From Selaginella moellendorffii (lineage: Eukaryota > Plantae > Lycopodiophyta): a stretch of DNA of 64,000 nt. Location of the stretch: positions 140,371-204,370 of the forward strand of contig NW_003314278.1 in assembly GCF_000143415.4 (NCBI RefSeq). Reading direction: 5' to 3'. Below the pieces are notes generated by a model that worked only from the letters and a program-made list of their open reading frames with translations, was not told the origin of the DNA and did no database searches. Below, piece by piece: positions 24,301-40,413 of the stretch (position 1 is the first letter of the stretch; each line of letters opens with the position of its first letter). Made by a program: the position numbers and the translations under genes.

Positions 24301-25160
24301 AAGATTTTTTGGAAGATAACAACCATTATGTAAAGTCAATATTTTGAAGATTAAGATGAATCAATTGGTCGTGATTCATGGGCCTACATTTCTGCAAGTC
24401 TTTACGGACAAGAGAATCTGACACTCTCCTCTCTTTTAATGAATGAATTTTTGGCTTGAGAAACTACGTTTAAAGGTAAACAAGTTTAAGATTTATAAAC
24501 ACAGCATTTCTAGAACCAAATATACTAGCATATTCTAGGTTCGAAAAGTCTTTCACGTTGCCGTCACCTTTTAGATTAGGGTTTAAGTTTCAAATGCACA
24601 GCTCACCGTCCTCACAAATAAGATCTAATCTTCCGCAGCCACATGAATTTTCATTCTTATCCATGGTGCTGCCCAGCATTTTTCCTCGACGTCCTGCCCA
24701 AGTGCAACAAGGAGTTAAGTATAATTTGTGGTGCCTCCAGGTTTTGTCTTGATTGATTCTCTCTGGAAAACTTGCAGGCAGCGCACAAGAAAAGAAACCA
24801 CCAATTCTTGGCTGGAAGCAAGAGGTTACGTTACAACACATCCCCGAGCCACCTGATTGTGATGCTCCCGTTCACTGTCCGCCTCCGGAGCCGTGCATCA
24901 GCCATGTGAGAATGTTCTGTTAAATCCTTCTATCTCCTTGCCACTGGAGCATAAATATCATAAATTTCTTGTCTAGGACGGGATGATTCTCCAGGAAAGG
25001 ATTGCAGCGAGGCGTGCTGCAATTGCCAGCTCCAAAAATGTGAAAATCCCTCTCTTCAAGAGGCATTCCATCGCCCTCTGAGCTTTGAAATGAATAAAAA
25101 TCTTAATGTAGTTAGCTAAAATCATTAAATTTAAATAAAAGAAGAGTAAGAAACAAGTCA

Positions 25161-25233
25161 TCCGTTGTAGTCTAGTCGGTCAGGATACTCGGCTCTCACC
25201 CGAGAGACCCGGGTTCAATTCCCGGCGACGGAA
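25161..25233 (+). tRNA. tRNA-Glu(CTC)
   Basis: TCCGTTG/CGACGGA acceptor stem, CTCGG-CTCTCAC-CCGAG anticodon arm, GGTTCAATTCC T-loop, downstream oligo-T Pol III terminator. Confidence 0.96.
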
Positions 25234-26091
25234 TTGTTTTTTTTTTTGGAATAGTATAAAGAGGTATAGCTGATTAAAGTAACAAAAGAGAAAGTTTCTC
25301 CGTGATTAGAGTAACCTTCCATTCACCAAATAATTTTTAATGGCCTACCTAATTCCCAAGCGCCCAAGTTCCCTCCTCAGCTCCTTCCTTGCCATCACTC
25401 ACCATGCCACTGCACGATCTGTCCACCAGCTCCATTCCCCGCTCCACCCCAGCGCTCATGCTCTCCAGCATCGAATTCCACCACCTGCAATGGCTCAGGA
25501 ATCTGCTACCCATAAGTGTTGGAGAAGTTCCCGCAAGAAGCCATTGCTCAGAAGCAACAGAAAAAGAATTGCAAAGGCAACAAAGACCTAGAACTTAACC
25601 ACTTGGCTGACTGGTATCACGAAGCACCATGCCATGTCGCTGCTCTCCTGCTAAATCTCCGGCAAGAGGATAGTGTCTCGCTGCTTTTGCCAAGGCAAAG
25701 GGTGTAAGTTTGCGTCTAAACACCTGCGAGAGAAGAGGTGACAGCGCATTAAATTAAAACATGTTAAGGGAGCATCCATGGAGCTCGAAGCATCGGCTTG
25801 AAGGAAGCTGGTCGCTTGGAAGACGGTGGAAGTGGCCTGAGAACTATTGTGTCCATAAGAAAGACTCAAGAGTCTTTTGTGGCGAGATTTACCAGATTGC
25901 TTCTTTTGATAAATTGGTTCTAGAATTGGCATTAACAAATCATGGTTTAAAGACAATGGTATACCTAAGTTCTTATGATTAAACAACACTGAGGCACATT
26001 GTGACAAACGTACTTGGATAAGGATTGAGCGAGTGGAGTGGCTAGAGTGGAGGGAGCAGCAAGGGAGCAGGACCGGGGAGGTGACACCGCA

Positions 26092-26114
26092 AGATAGATA
26101 GATAGATAGATAGA
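26092..26114 (+). repeat. (AGAT)n microsatellite
   Basis: AGATAGATAGATAGATAGATAGA. Confidence 0.9.
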
Positions 26115-27872
26115 ATATCCCCCTCTTAACCAGTTCATAACTGTCGCCGTGCCAGCTGGCTGTGCCCAACACTATTCTATTCTCCACGTCCAGGCGTCGA
26201 CAATGGCGACCATTGCGACGTCCAGCCATCCTTGGCTATCATGATTTCCTATGATCAAGCCGGATTCAACCTAGTTTGTGATCGCCTGAATCATTGCGAA
26301 CTTGGATAAAGTATTCCAGGCATATCCAGTAACACTAAATTTTCAATCCTAATTTGTAAGGAAAAAAAAAAAAAAAAAAGACTTTGACCATTTCCCCATT
26401 GGCTTCCCTCTCTCTCATGTCAGCTCTTCCTTCCGACTCTCAACAGATTGATCGATCGATCATTCCTTATCAAGCACAACAACACCATGGCCTTCACTTA
26501 TACACTTACACGCAGCAAGCAGCAGAAAGAATTCACCAACGAAGGCCGTCCCGCTGCTTATCCCAATCTCAACCAGGTAATTACGGACCCGGAGCTCCCC
26601 TGAATTCTGGCCTCCTGCACAGAGGATAGCCCCTCTTGTAAGTTTTTTAGTTGATCGAGCCATATTTATTTTCTTCTCACAATCACAGTTGGTGTATGCT
26701 TTGTTGGCGCATGGCCAACATTGTGGACCAAGGCAGGTAATTTTTTGCTGCCAGATCTTTAAATCAATAGCTCATGGCCTGCAAAGGAGCTGCATACCAT
26801 CGACTGCTTATGTTTTCACCAGTGGCACCATCTTTTGCATCTTGGAGTGGTTTGTTGCAAAGCTGCGCACAAGTACGGACTCCCCGAGGGGCCTTGCAAT
26901 GACATCTGTGTGCAATTGCTGCTCCATCACACAGGTTTCAAGAACCGGAAGCATTAGGTTGTTTTAGGGTTGTGAAAAGTTTGAGCAAAAGAAATCTTCA
27001 CTTCATTACTGACCTTTATGCACCCTCATCCATTGGTAACATTTGACCGATGACTGTCATGCTATACCTTTTTTGAATGGAAAAAATAATTTCGTTGCCA
27101 CGAGAGCCTGACTGAACTGATGACTTTGATTGGAATTTAATAAATTTAGCTACTGCATTAAGATTTTATTCATTTTAAAGCTCAGAGGGTGCGTGGTGGC
27201 AGTGCAATCCCTCTTGAAGAGAGGGATTTTCACATTCTTGGAGTTGGCAATTGCGGCATGCCTTTCTGAGATCCTTTCCCGGAGAATCATCCCGTCCCAG
27301 ATAAACAGAATTAACAGATCATTCTCACATGGAGGCGGACAGTGACGGGAGCATCACAATCAGGTGGCTTGGGGACGTGTTGTAACGCGACCTCTTGCTT
27401 CCACAAGAATCGGTGGTTCCTTTTGTTGTGCGCTGCTTGCAAGGTTTCCAGACAGAATCAATCAAAATTATACTAAACTCTTTGTTGCGCTTGGGCAGGA
27501 AGTCGAGGAAAAATGCTAGGCAGCACCATGGATAAGAATGAAAAAACATGTGGCTGGGGAAGATTAGGTGAGGACGGTGAGCGGTGCATTTGAAACTTGA
27601 AGAAAGCTAAACCCTAATAAGAAAAGGTGACGGCAACGTGAAAGACTTTTTGAGCTTAGAATATGCTAGTATATTTGGTTCTAGAAATGTTGATTCTTAA
27701 TCTTTTTTACTTTTAAACCTAGTTTCTCAAACCAAAAGTTAATGAGTGGAGTGTGTCAGATTCTCTTGTCTGTAAGGACTTGCAGAAATGTAGGCCCATG
27801 AATCACGACCCATTGATTGATTCTAATCTTCGAAATATTGACTTTACATAATAGTTGTTAGCCTCCAAGAGA

Positions 27873-29384
27873 TCACACGAAATCTCTCAGAGCTTGGGCA
27901 AAGGCCTTGAGGTTCCTGTCCGAGGATCCTCCCTCGGCTATGGCAGCCGCGGTAGCCTCGCGGAATTCCCGAGCCCGGGCTCGCATCTCGCGACCCTCGT
28001 CGCCTCTCATCAGCCTCACCACTAGATCTGCGATCCTCTCGCTCGAGACCGAGACCGTGGAGCTTTTATCCCGATCATCCTGGACCGGGATCGCCAGCTT
28101 CCAGTGCTCCACAAGCTCCTTGCAGTTCACGTTCTGCTCCGCCATGCAAGGCCAGGCGAGCATCGGCACGCCCGCGCAGATCCCCTCCACGGTCGAGTTC
28201 CATCCGCAGTGCGTCAGGAATCCTCCCACCGCCGGGTGGAGCAAGACGTGCATTTGCGGCGCCCACGAGATCACGATCCCGCGCTTGCCAATCCGCTGCT
28301 TCAATCCCTCGAAGAAATCGTGAACCGATGGATCCGCGACGAGGGTCTTGCGCAGCACCAGTACGAATGGCTGGTTGCTGCGCTCCAGGCCCCTGGCGAG
28401 CTCCTGGAATTGCTCCACGGACATGGTGGCCACGCTGCCGAAGGAGACGTAGATCACGGAGGATTCCTTCTGTGTGTCGAGCCACTCCAGGCACGCCAGA
28501 TCCTCGGGAGACAGGAGCTCGCTGGATCGCCCCACCGCGGTGGATTCCCCCGCGAAGAATGCCGGGGACAGGCACGGGCCGACGGGGAAGTAGCTGGATT
28601 TCATCTCGCTGCGCAGCGTCGCCACGGCGTGTGGCTCCAGCTCCTCGTAGGTGTTGCACAGCGCGAATCTCGCCTCCGCGAACCGCGACGCGCCGTCGCA
28701 GACCATGCCCAAGATTGGGTGATCGTAGTAGAAGGAGAGCGGCAGATCCGTGGCGGGCATTGGCGGGCAGCCAGGCAGGAATGTGATGAGCTCGTCCGTT
28801 TTCCTGGCTGGAAGAAGAAGAGTTTCCTTAGAACCCTAAAAACAGGGGAGGGAGAACTTACTCGCGACTGGCACGAATCCTTTGGACATGAGCTCCGGCA
28901 GGAAGAGGTGATAGATGTCGCTGATCGCATTGGAGGTCCAGAACACCGCCCTGGGGATGCCGAATTCGTCCGCCAGATCCTGGGTGAATCCGTTGAAGGT
29001 GTCGGTGATCATGCAGCAAACGGGGTTCCCGTCCTCCTGGAGCTTCCGGATAAGCTCTCGCACAGAGGCTGCCATGGCGCGTACCGCCACGATTGGCTTC
29101 TCGAGGTTCTCGCTGGGATCCCCCTTGGCGAGATCGTTGCTGCTGCGCATGCTGTTACCTGGATTGTCCGAGACCTCGACGATGCGGACGTTGCTCTTGG
29201 CGTGGGGGTCTGCAATCAGATCGCGCGTCTGGTGCATGAGCTTCATGTTGCTCGGATTGGAGGCGTAGGTGATGGTGACATCGCAGGCCGCGAGACGGCG
29301 GCAGAAGTGCATCAGTGAGTTCGTGTGGCCCGGGATTGGGAATGGGAACGCTAGAACATGAGGCTTCTTGCTAGCACCCGCCAT
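27873..29384 (-). CDS. family-1 UDP-glycosyltransferase (2 exons, intact)
   Basis: PHVLAFPFPIPGH catalytic His, CMITDTF, PSPG box WAPQ...HCGWNS...AEQ; short intron ~28808-28861. Confidence 0.93.
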
Positions 29385-29806
29385 TCGCAGCGCTTTGATC
29401 TCGGAGGAGGCGAGGAGATTTGTGATCTGGATTGGAACCCAGGTGAGATCTAGACGGCTGGGGAGTACCCAAGTGGTGATTTGGGCTTGGTAGCGCTGGA
29501 ACAAGCGCTCAAATAGGACACCACAGGAAGGAATGCTCCTCGTGAGAGGCACGAAGGTGGACTAAAGGCCAAGAAAGAAACCAAGACAGACCGGAATTGA
29601 CCAGGCAATCTGGAGCTTTGCCCGCGTCATGATCGCATCATCATTTGCTAAGCCCTAATTGCCCGTGATTTCTCGTGATTGGAACTCAGCACTACCATAG
29701 ACACTAAGATAAAGCTGTGATTCCATGCATGATGTTATTATAAACCACCTTTAAGGTAAACCTAATATTCTTTTTAGGGTTATAGATTTAGGGTTCTTGA
29801 GCAGCG

Positions 29807-30553
29807 ATGGCGCAGAGAAGGGCGCCAGGGATTCCACCGCAGCAGCACCAGCAAGTCCCCTTTGTCCCCCAGCAGCAGCCGCAAGCGCCAATGCGGCCGA
29901 TGCCTCCGACGCCAGGTTTGCCCTTCCTCTCCTTCGACATCGGCAACTCAGGGTATGGCGGATCGGCGCCTCTCCAGCAGCCGGGATACTCCTCCTCCTC
30001 CTCCGCCTCCACAGGCTTTGGCGCCGCGTTTGAGGACGAGCCTCCTCTCCTGGAGGAGCTGGGGATCAATCCGTCGCAGATCTTGCAGAAGACCAAGTCG
30101 GTGCTCATTCCTTTCAGGAGGAACCTCAACCTCCACGAGGATGCCGATCTGTCGGGGCCGTTTTTGTTCTGCATTCTCTTTGGGCTTTGCCAGCTCCTGG
30201 CTGGGAAGCTCCACTTTGGAGTGATCCTCGGGTGGGGATCTCTGGCTTCTGGGTTTCTCTACACTGTCGCTAATCTTCTATCGGGAACTCGTGGGACGCT
30301 AGATCTCTATCGAAGCTTTAGCCTCGTCGGGTATAGTTTGCTCCCGATGATCCTCTTCTCGGCTCTTTCTCTTCTAGTTCCTCGACAGGGTGCTCCCATC
30401 TACGTCATGGCCGGGTTGATAGTTCTTTGGTGTACGTGGTCGTGTACGAGCTTGCTCGTGGTTTTGGCTCCTCACTCGGAGGAGCAGAAGCGTCTCATTG
30501 CGTATGCTTGTTTGATCATCTATATGGCCTTCGCGCTCCTCATCATCTTCTAA
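29807..30553 (+). CDS. Yip1-domain (YIPF5/Yip1-like) membrane protein
   Basis: FEDEPPLLEELGIN, DADLSGP, GKLHFG, GYSLLPM; five TM segments. Confidence 0.93.
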   Translation: MAQRRAPGIPPQQHQQVPFVPQQQPQAPMRPMPPTPGLPFLSFDIGNSGYGGSAPLQQPGYSSSSSASTGFGAAFEDEPPLLEELGINPSQILQKTKSVLIPFRRNLNLHEDADLSGPFLFCILFGLCQLLAGKLHFGVILGWGSLASGFLYTVANLLSGTRGTLDLYRSFSLVGYSLLPMILFSALSLLVPRQGAPIYVMAGLIVLWCTWSCTSLLVVLAPHSEEQKRLIAYACLIIYMAFALLIIF

Positions 30554-30800
30554 CTAAGCATTCGTGAGTGGAAATAACTTGGAAAGCTTTGTATAGTACT
30601 TGTTTTTCTCCATCAAGTTTTGTATCTTTCTCGTCCATCTGTGTTAGTTTCTTTGCGATGTTCTTCGCTCAAAACAACGTTTGATTCTCTCTTGGATGGA
30701 GTTACTACGCGGCAAGGTTGGTCCTGTTTTTCCTTTTCATCCTGTGTTTCTGATTTTGAGCTCTTTCCAGGATGGAATTACATCGTAAGAACCGTGGTGG

Positions 30801-34086
<3,286 letters not shown>

Positions 34087-35437
34087 CTGGAGCAGCAATG
34101 CTGGAGAGAAAAAAATCAAATGAGAACCAATCCAAGCAATCATCAGCAGTGTGATATGTGTACTAGAGTAGTGAAGAGAAGAGTGTGTGTTTTGCTACTC
34201 AACCTTTCTTCTTTCTCCTCCTCCCAGCACAGGCTGTTTTTGGGGAGGCAAGACAATGTGAGGTGAAAATACTAAACATAAAAACAAAAAGCAATAAACA
34301 AAGAAAAAATCAAGAACAAACAAAACAAGAGATTTTTTATTTTTCCATTTTATTTTCTACAATGTGACATTCCAAGAACGACAGTTTGTAATGGTGCTGT
34401 GGACCAAAAGCACATCCACTGTAAGAAACATCCATCGCCAATTCAAGCATAAAGGAGAAGCTATGAAGAACTTTGGCCAAATATCTCCACTCCACTTTTC
34501 TCCACTCCACCCGGAAGACCAATTAATCGAGTGAGTGAATAATCTTCCCAAAACGCGCTTGGATGAATCTTCACTGTGCCAGGGCACAGCATACTGTGGA
34601 GGATCGACCCTGTTGTCACGGTCACCGAGGGAAGCTGGATCGCTGGGACGCTGGAATCGAATGAGATATCATTTCCCCCGTCCACCTGGTTCTCTATCGC
34701 CTGGCAAAAGCGCGCATGCCACCCGTGAAAGTCCCAGAGATGGAGCTTGCACTGCCAAGGACTCTGCTCCTTCCGTGACCGCATCGAGCAAAAAAGAGCA
34801 CGCTTACCTCTCTTTCTCTCCTTTCGGGAGCTGCGAACAGGATATGGAACCGGCCAGCTAGCGCCATGACACCCAACCGAGTGGAACAAGTTACATCTTT
34901 TCTCCTTCACTGTGCTTGTAAAAAGAGAAGATACATCAGAGAGGATGATGCGGGGTCCAGAATTTCAAACATACCTCTTCAAGAGTGTAGAGTCAAACCG
35001 GGAATTTAGGCCGAGCTTGCGGGCGCCTCCTGCTAATCTAATCGGGAGCGGCACGATCAAATAGCTTGTCCCCTCCCTTGTTTGATTCGAGCTTCGTCTT
35101 GGAAGCCGCGAAATAAAAGACAGACATGGACACACTGAAAGGTACCTCATATACGCTCAAAGTCTCTTTAACTTAGCGGCTTGGCTTGTACATTACTTTG
35201 AATCTGAAAATGAAACCATGGTCAGCGGGTCTCAAGGGGCCCCCATTCTTTTCATTGGACTCCGAAAAAGCAACTGCTGAAGACTAGAGATTAAAAAGAA
35301 GAAAAGAAAAGGCCGAACCTGCGGTGGGGCTTGTCTTTGTCCGCGCACGAAGGGCTCCGAAAAATTCCAACTCAATTTTTCTTTCTTGTTGCTCTTGGAC
35401 GGCAACGTTTGAAACAGCAACTTCTCCTGCTTTTTTT

Positions 35438-36441
35438 CTAGAAGAGCTCTATCCTGTCCGTCTCCAAGAGCCGCTTGATTGGCTTGTAGTTGAAGATGTA
35501 CAAGTCCCCATTCTCCATATCCACTATACTTTCGCCCCTGGAGCATTTCACTCATTAAACCCGACACGCGAATGTAAATGATGAAACCCGGAACTTACTT
35601 GTCATCTAGTTGAAACGCACTTATAGGTCTCCGGCATTTGCAGAATACGAAACTGTCGAGAGGAGGCTCAACAACTATGTAAAGTCGCCGTTAGCTTCAA
35701 GATAAGAATGAAAAGCACACAGCTTACTCATATCATTTTCGTTACTCGAGTTTGCCTGTTTTAGCATCGACTTGTATCCTTCCGGGAGCTTATTCAGGAC
35801 AGAAGAATCAAAATGAGCTTGCAGCGTGTCGGCGAACCTGGAGATAATTATCGAGTCGTCACAAATAGTAAGGGTTTTCTCGCGTACCTCTGAGCATAGT
35901 CTTGTTCTTGGCTCGACAACCTCTCCCAAATCTCCGGTACAGTCAGTATATGGAGAGCAAACTTCTCAATCTGGTAACAAACGATTCCAACAGCAGATGA
36001 AAAGAAAAAAAAAACACCAACTAAACTAATCCGAGGGAACGATTCTATGGAAACAAAGAAAAGGTAAAGCAGAAATGCGAACCTTGAGTAGCCGTGCTCG
36101 CAAATAAGATCGCAGCATAAAGAGCGTCCGGTCCAAATCCATCCGGTAGAGCGACACAGTAAGCTCGTCACAAGATTCTTCGACAAAAGCCGCGAGGTTT
36201 TCCTCCTAGCGAAGATTCAAATGCTGGAGATCGAGAATGTAGTACCAAAAGATGATACCTCGAGAAGAATCTGCTCCTTGACGCGCTCCACGAGCTCGCC
36301 CTGGAATGGCAGAAGCTCAGGCGAGAGCTTCTCGTTGCGCCAGGCGCGCTGCAGCAGTCCGGCATCGCTGACCTCCGCGGAAGACGCGATCGAGGGATCG
36401 GTCCAGTCCTCGAGCCCGGCGCCTTCCTCCCCGTCCGCCAT
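35438..36441 (-). CDS. SLD5: GINS complex subunit SLD5/GINS4
   Basis: LQRAWRNEKLSPELL, RSYLRARL, IEKFALHIL, YKPIKRLLETDRIELF*; multi-exon. Confidence 0.92.
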
Positions 36442-36467
36442 AGCCAAAATATTTTCCCCTCACAAAG

Positions 36468-36483
36468 AAACCCTAAACCCTAA
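36468..36483 (+). promoter_or_regulatory. tandem telo-box (AAACCCTA x2) upstream of SLD5
   Basis: AAACCCTAAACCCTAA ~30 bp from the ATG; typical of plant replication and translation genes. Confidence 0.6.
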
Positions 36484-36650
36484 AATTTCTATCAGCTGAA
36501 AGGGGAAAAGCAAGGCATTTATTCCAGGAATCAAAGAGATCCTTCGTGCTCCTCAAGAACACGAAGAACACGAAGGATGGATACCACCAAGAACAAAGCG
36601 AGACCAACGACTTGTAGACAAGAAATCTTCCAATACCTTCTTCGATACGA

Positions 36651-37175
36651 TCACGCGCCTGGGGCGACGTCCTGGGATTTCTGCTGGAGGTAGCCTGTGA
36701 CATTGGATCCATACTCGCGCGCCTTCTCGGTCATCTGTGTGGCGGTGTCCATGAGGCGATGCCGCGCGGCTTCGATCTGATCGGTGCCCACCGGATGCCG
36801 CCCTTTCGCGTACTTGTAGATCCAGGTGACGGCCGCGACGCAAGAGGCGACGAAGGCGATGGTGGAGAGGATCCCGCCGGTGACGACGATGGCGAGAATT
36901 CCCAGCGGCACGAGGATGGGGCTGAAGAGCAGGAAGATTGGAGTGCCGATGACGAGGAAGACGATGGTGGCCAGGATCATGGCGCCGCCCATGGCCGCCA
37001 GCGTGAGGCCGCCAAGAGCCAGCGTGGCGATCCCGATGAGCTGCTGGGAGCTGGGCGCGTGCTCCTTGACGCGCTCCACCAGGCCGCGCGAGTGTTCTTG
37101 GATGCGCCCGGCCTGATCCTTGGCTTGATCCTTGGTCTTGTCCACGGCTCTCGAGGCCTGGTGGTGATCGCCCAT
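36651..37175 (-). CDS. oleosin
   Basis: Long hydrophobic hairpin with proline knot PIFLLFSPILVP; YAKGRHPVGTDQIE. Confidence 0.95.
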   Translation of the reverse strand: MGDHHQASRAVDKTKDQAKDQAGRIQEHSRGLVERVKEHAPSSQQLIGIATLALGGLTLAAMGGAMILATIVFLVIGTPIFLLFSPILVPLGILAIVVTGGILSTIAFVASCVAAVTWIYKYAKGRHPVGTDQIEAARHRLMDTATQMTEKAREYGSNVTGYLQQKSQDVAPGA

Positions 37176-37670
37176 GGTGACAATCGCGATCCGAGAGGAA
37201 GAGGAATGAAGAGAAAGACTTGTTCTTGCGATGCTCTCTCGCGCTCGCTCTCTCTCGCGCTCTCGCCAAGAACAAGAAGCTCTCAAAACTTAAAAAAGAT
37301 TTGTTTGGAGATTTTCTTGGGCCATTTGGCTCATTCTCGCGTTTAGAAACTGCCACATTTTGACAAAAATGGCAAAAAAGAAATAAAAGGGGAGCGATTT
37401 CCTTGCATGGTTTTTTGGCCCCTGGCATTATCCACCCACCACTCCAGTTCTCCAAACATTTCATTCTCCATTTTTTTTACCTTACCCGGTCGGTTTTTAC
37501 CCGGGCGGTGGGTTGAAAACGAAGAACTGACGTTGATTCCTGACAGGATCGAGCGCGAATCTGGAGCATAACGCTCGAATCACTCGCCCGTTGACTGTCG
37601 CTGACTGACAGTCAACTAAAGTCAAACCCCCGCATGGCGCGGACCAAGTGTCGCCGCGCCCCTCGCACTG

Positions 37671-37678
37671 CATGCATG
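37671..37678 (+). promoter_or_regulatory. RY element (CATGCATG)
   Basis: In the divergent oleosin promoter, just upstream of a TATA-like TATTTAAG. Confidence 0.65.
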
Positions 37679-37796
37679 CAAGGCTCGTATTTAAGAAATA
37701 GAGCAAAGTTTCTTTTCTTGGAGCTCCGGTTGGATCGTCGAGTCGATCGATCGGTTTCGTTTTTCACGCCCGCGAGGAGAAATAACTTGGGCTGCC

Positions 37797-38282
37797 ATGG
37801 CGGAGCGAGCGACGGATCGAGCTCGCGAGCACGCTGGCCGCGCGCAAGAGCAGGCCCGGGGCATGATGCAGAAGATCCAGGAGCGATCGCCCAATTCCAA
37901 GCAGGTGTTGGGGCTCTTGACAATCATCACTGGAGTGGTGGTGGCGCTCGTCATCGGCGGCGTCACGCTGGGAGGAACTGTCTTAACTCTGCTCCTCGCA
38001 TCGCCGGTTTTTCTCCTCCTTAGCCCGGTTCTCGTCCCCATTGGCATCGTCATCGCGCTTGCTACTGGCGGATTTCTCTCGGCCAGCGCCGTGTTTGTGG
38101 GATTTTGCTCCGTGGTATCTTGGCTCTACAACTACGCTCGCGGCCGGCATCCCGTGGGAGCCGATCAAATCGACGCTGCCAAGCACAGGATTGCCGACAC
38201 TGCTAGCCATGTAACCGAGAAGGCTCGCGAGGTGACGGGGTATTTGCAATCTAGAGTTCCAGAGGCTGCTCCAGGTGCTTGA
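37797..38282 (+). CDS. oleosin
   Basis: Proline knot PVFLLLSPVLVP; ARGRHPVGADQID. Confidence 0.95.
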   Translation: MAERATDRAREHAGRAQEQARGMMQKIQERSPNSKQVLGLLTIITGVVVALVIGGVTLGGTVLTLLLASPVFLLLSPVLVPIGIVIALATGGFLSASAVFVGFCSVVSWLYNYARGRHPVGADQIDAAKHRIADTASHVTEKAREVTGYLQSRVPEAAPGA

Positions 38283-38427
38283 TCATCTTGAAAAAAGGAG
38301 TGAGAATGAGATCGTTCTGTATCGATGGTTTTTGTTCATCGTCCCCCTTTTGTTGTTGATAAGAAAGTTGAAGAATAAAATTCTTTTGCTTGTACTACAT
38401 TCCCAACGATTCATCCAGATCATACGA

Positions 38428-40302
38428 TCAAGATGATACAGGGAGTTTCTGCAAACCCATACGGCGCCCTTGATCAGAGCAAACGTTTGCAAGCAAAAGA
38501 TATGGCGATTCTTCCTTCGTCTCCATCCTAAACACGCTTTCAGCGATCCGGCGAGCTCTCTCGCCATCGCCATGAAGCTTGCAAGCAGCAAGCAGTGCCA
38601 CCCAAGCCACCATCTCCGACTCCAAACCCACAGCTCTAACCATCTCCTCGGCGTCGTCCAGCCTTCCAGATCGCCCTAGCATATCAACCAAGCAAACGAA
38701 GTGATCCACCGTGTGGATCAAGCCAAAGTCCTGCTCGATCGAGGAAAAGTAAGCCTTGCTCTCCTCCAGCTTTCCAGAGTGACAACACGCATACAAAACC
38801 CCCGCTAGCGTTACTTCGTTTGGTCCGACACCATCGTTACACATCGCCCAGAAGAGCTCCAGTGGTTCTTTGGTATGCCCGGCTTGGGCATACGCAAGCA
38901 TGAGAGACGTCCAGCATATAACGTCGGGCTTGGAAACTCTGGCAAAGGCCTTGCGAGCACCCGCTAAGCTCCCGCATCGTTTATACATATCGATCAAACT
39001 GGTCCCAATGGTAGCATTCGACTCAAACCCACAGCCCAACACCACCTCGTCAAGAGCTTTTCCGAGTTTCAGATCTGGAATGCTAGCACAGGCATCAAGA
39101 ACGATCACGAAGGTAACTTCGTTGCAAGAAATTCCCTCAAGTACCATAAGCTTGAAAAGCCCAATTGCAGATTCTGCATGCCCGGCTTGGGCATATGCAG
39201 AAAGAAGAGAGTTCCAGGCTATTAAGTTCTCCTTCGGCATTTGCGAAAAGATCTCAAAAGCCTCTAATAAGAGCAAGATCTTGGTGTAAGTTGTGAGCAT
39301 TAGAAACCAAGTTGTGCTATCTCGAAAAGTCATTTGATCAAAAAGTTGTCTTGCTTGAACAAGATACCCGTTCTGGGCATATGCTGTTACTAGAGCGTTC
39401 CATGACACTACATTCTTTACGAGCATCTTATCAAAGATTTGCTTGGCTCTGTGTAGGTCGCCCTCGTCACCATACGCGGTGATCATACACGTCCAAGCAA
39501 CAACATCGGGCTTCTTGATCTTTGAGAACAAATTCTTGGCTTCGTCAATATGCCCGGATTGGGCATAAGCTACAACCATGGAAGTCATGGCCACCAAATT
39601 CACGTCCTCCATTCTCCAAAACACTGCCTCTGCGTGATACAAATTACCAAACTCCCCATACATCCTGATAAGAGCGCTAGCCACCACCACATTCCTCGCG
39701 GCAAATCCACTCGCGATGGCTTCCTCGTGGATCAATCCTCCAAGCTTTGGATCCCCAAGAGCTGTGCAAGCCTCTAGCAGGCTCACAAAGCATCGCCCAC
39801 TCGGCCTAAATCCCTCCACGTCCATCCGAAGGAACCAATCCACTGCCTCTGGGAATCGCCTGTTCTTGACGAGCATCGAGACGATCGAGGCCCACGAGAC
39901 CGCGTTGCGCTGTGGAGCTCGCTCGAAGATCTGCCAGCATTGATCCAAGAGCCCCTCTCGGGCATACGCTGCGAGAAGGGAATTCCACGAGACGACGTCC
40001 CTCTGGGGCATTCGATCGAAGAAGAGCTGGGCGTTCTTCACATCCCCGGCCTGGGCATAAGCGCCGAGCATCAGATTCCACGAGAAGATGTTGGGCTGAT
40101 CGATCCGGCTGAAGACGCGCTGCGCGTCCTCGATGCTGCCGCACCGCCCAAACATCTCGATCAGGAGATTAGAGAGGTAGCGATCACGAGGAATCGCTCC
40201 TCCGGCCGCTACCACCGACGAGTGAATCCCCCAGGCCTGTTCTAAATCCTTGCACTCCCTCGCGAGAGAGGCGTAGTGATCTACTCTTGCTAGATTCCTC
40301 AT
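38428..40302 (-). CDS. PLS-class PPR protein with E domain
   Basis: Repeated VVSWN/AYAQ motifs; HFVCLVDMLGRSGRL; AWVALLAACKLHG. Confidence 0.93.
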   Translation of the reverse strand: MRNLARVDHYASLARECKDLEQAWGIHSSVVAAGGAIPRDRYLSNLLIEMFGRCGSIEDAQRVFSRIDQPNIFSWNLMLGAYAQAGDVKNAQLFFDRMPQRDVVSWNSLLAAYAREGLLDQCWQIFERAPQRNAVSWASIVSMLVKNRRFPEAVDWFLRMDVEGFRPSGRCFVSLLEACTALGDPKLGGLIHEEAIASGFAARNVVVASALIRMYGEFGNLYHAEAVFWRMEDVNLVAMTSMVVAYAQSGHIDEAKNLFSKIKKPDVVAWTCMITAYGDEGDLHRAKQIFDKMLVKNVVSWNALVTAYAQNGYLVQARQLFDQMTFRDSTTWFLMLTTYTKILLLLEAFEIFSQMPKENLIAWNSLLSAYAQAGHAESAIGLFKLMVLEGISCNEVTFVIVLDACASIPDLKLGKALDEVVLGCGFESNATIGTSLIDMYKRCGSLAGARKAFARVSKPDVICWTSLMLAYAQAGHTKEPLELFWAMCNDGVGPNEVTLAGVLYACCHSGKLEESKAYFSSIEQDFGLIHTVDHFVCLVDMLGRSGRLDDAEEMVRAVGLESEMVAWVALLAACKLHGDGERARRIAESVFRMETKEESPYLLLANVCSDQGRRMGLQKLPVSS

Positions 40303-40413
40303 TCGCGCTGCTCTTCAATGGCGATGATCGCAGCGTTATCTTCCATAGCCATTTTGTTTGAGTGTTCTTCCCGCCCTAGGGTTTAGGAAATTTGGAGAGA
40401 GAACTTTTTGGCG

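Larger units (their letters stand above)
23500..28885. repeat. large inverted duplication (arms ~23500-25133 and ~27133-28885)
   Basis: UGT exon 2 plus ~800 bp of downstream sequence present in opposite orientations. Confidence 0.85.

Noticed and set aside
26362-26379. Poly-A run as a retroposon tail
   Set aside because: No TSD or identifiable upstream element found
28104-29318. 404-aa + strand ORF and similar ORFs over the other UGT, oleosin and subtilase genes
   Set aside because: Antisense or alternative-frame shadows of GC-rich genes
34357-34910. Short overlapping ORFs upstream of the subtilase
   Set aside because: No recognisable domain or coherent exon structure
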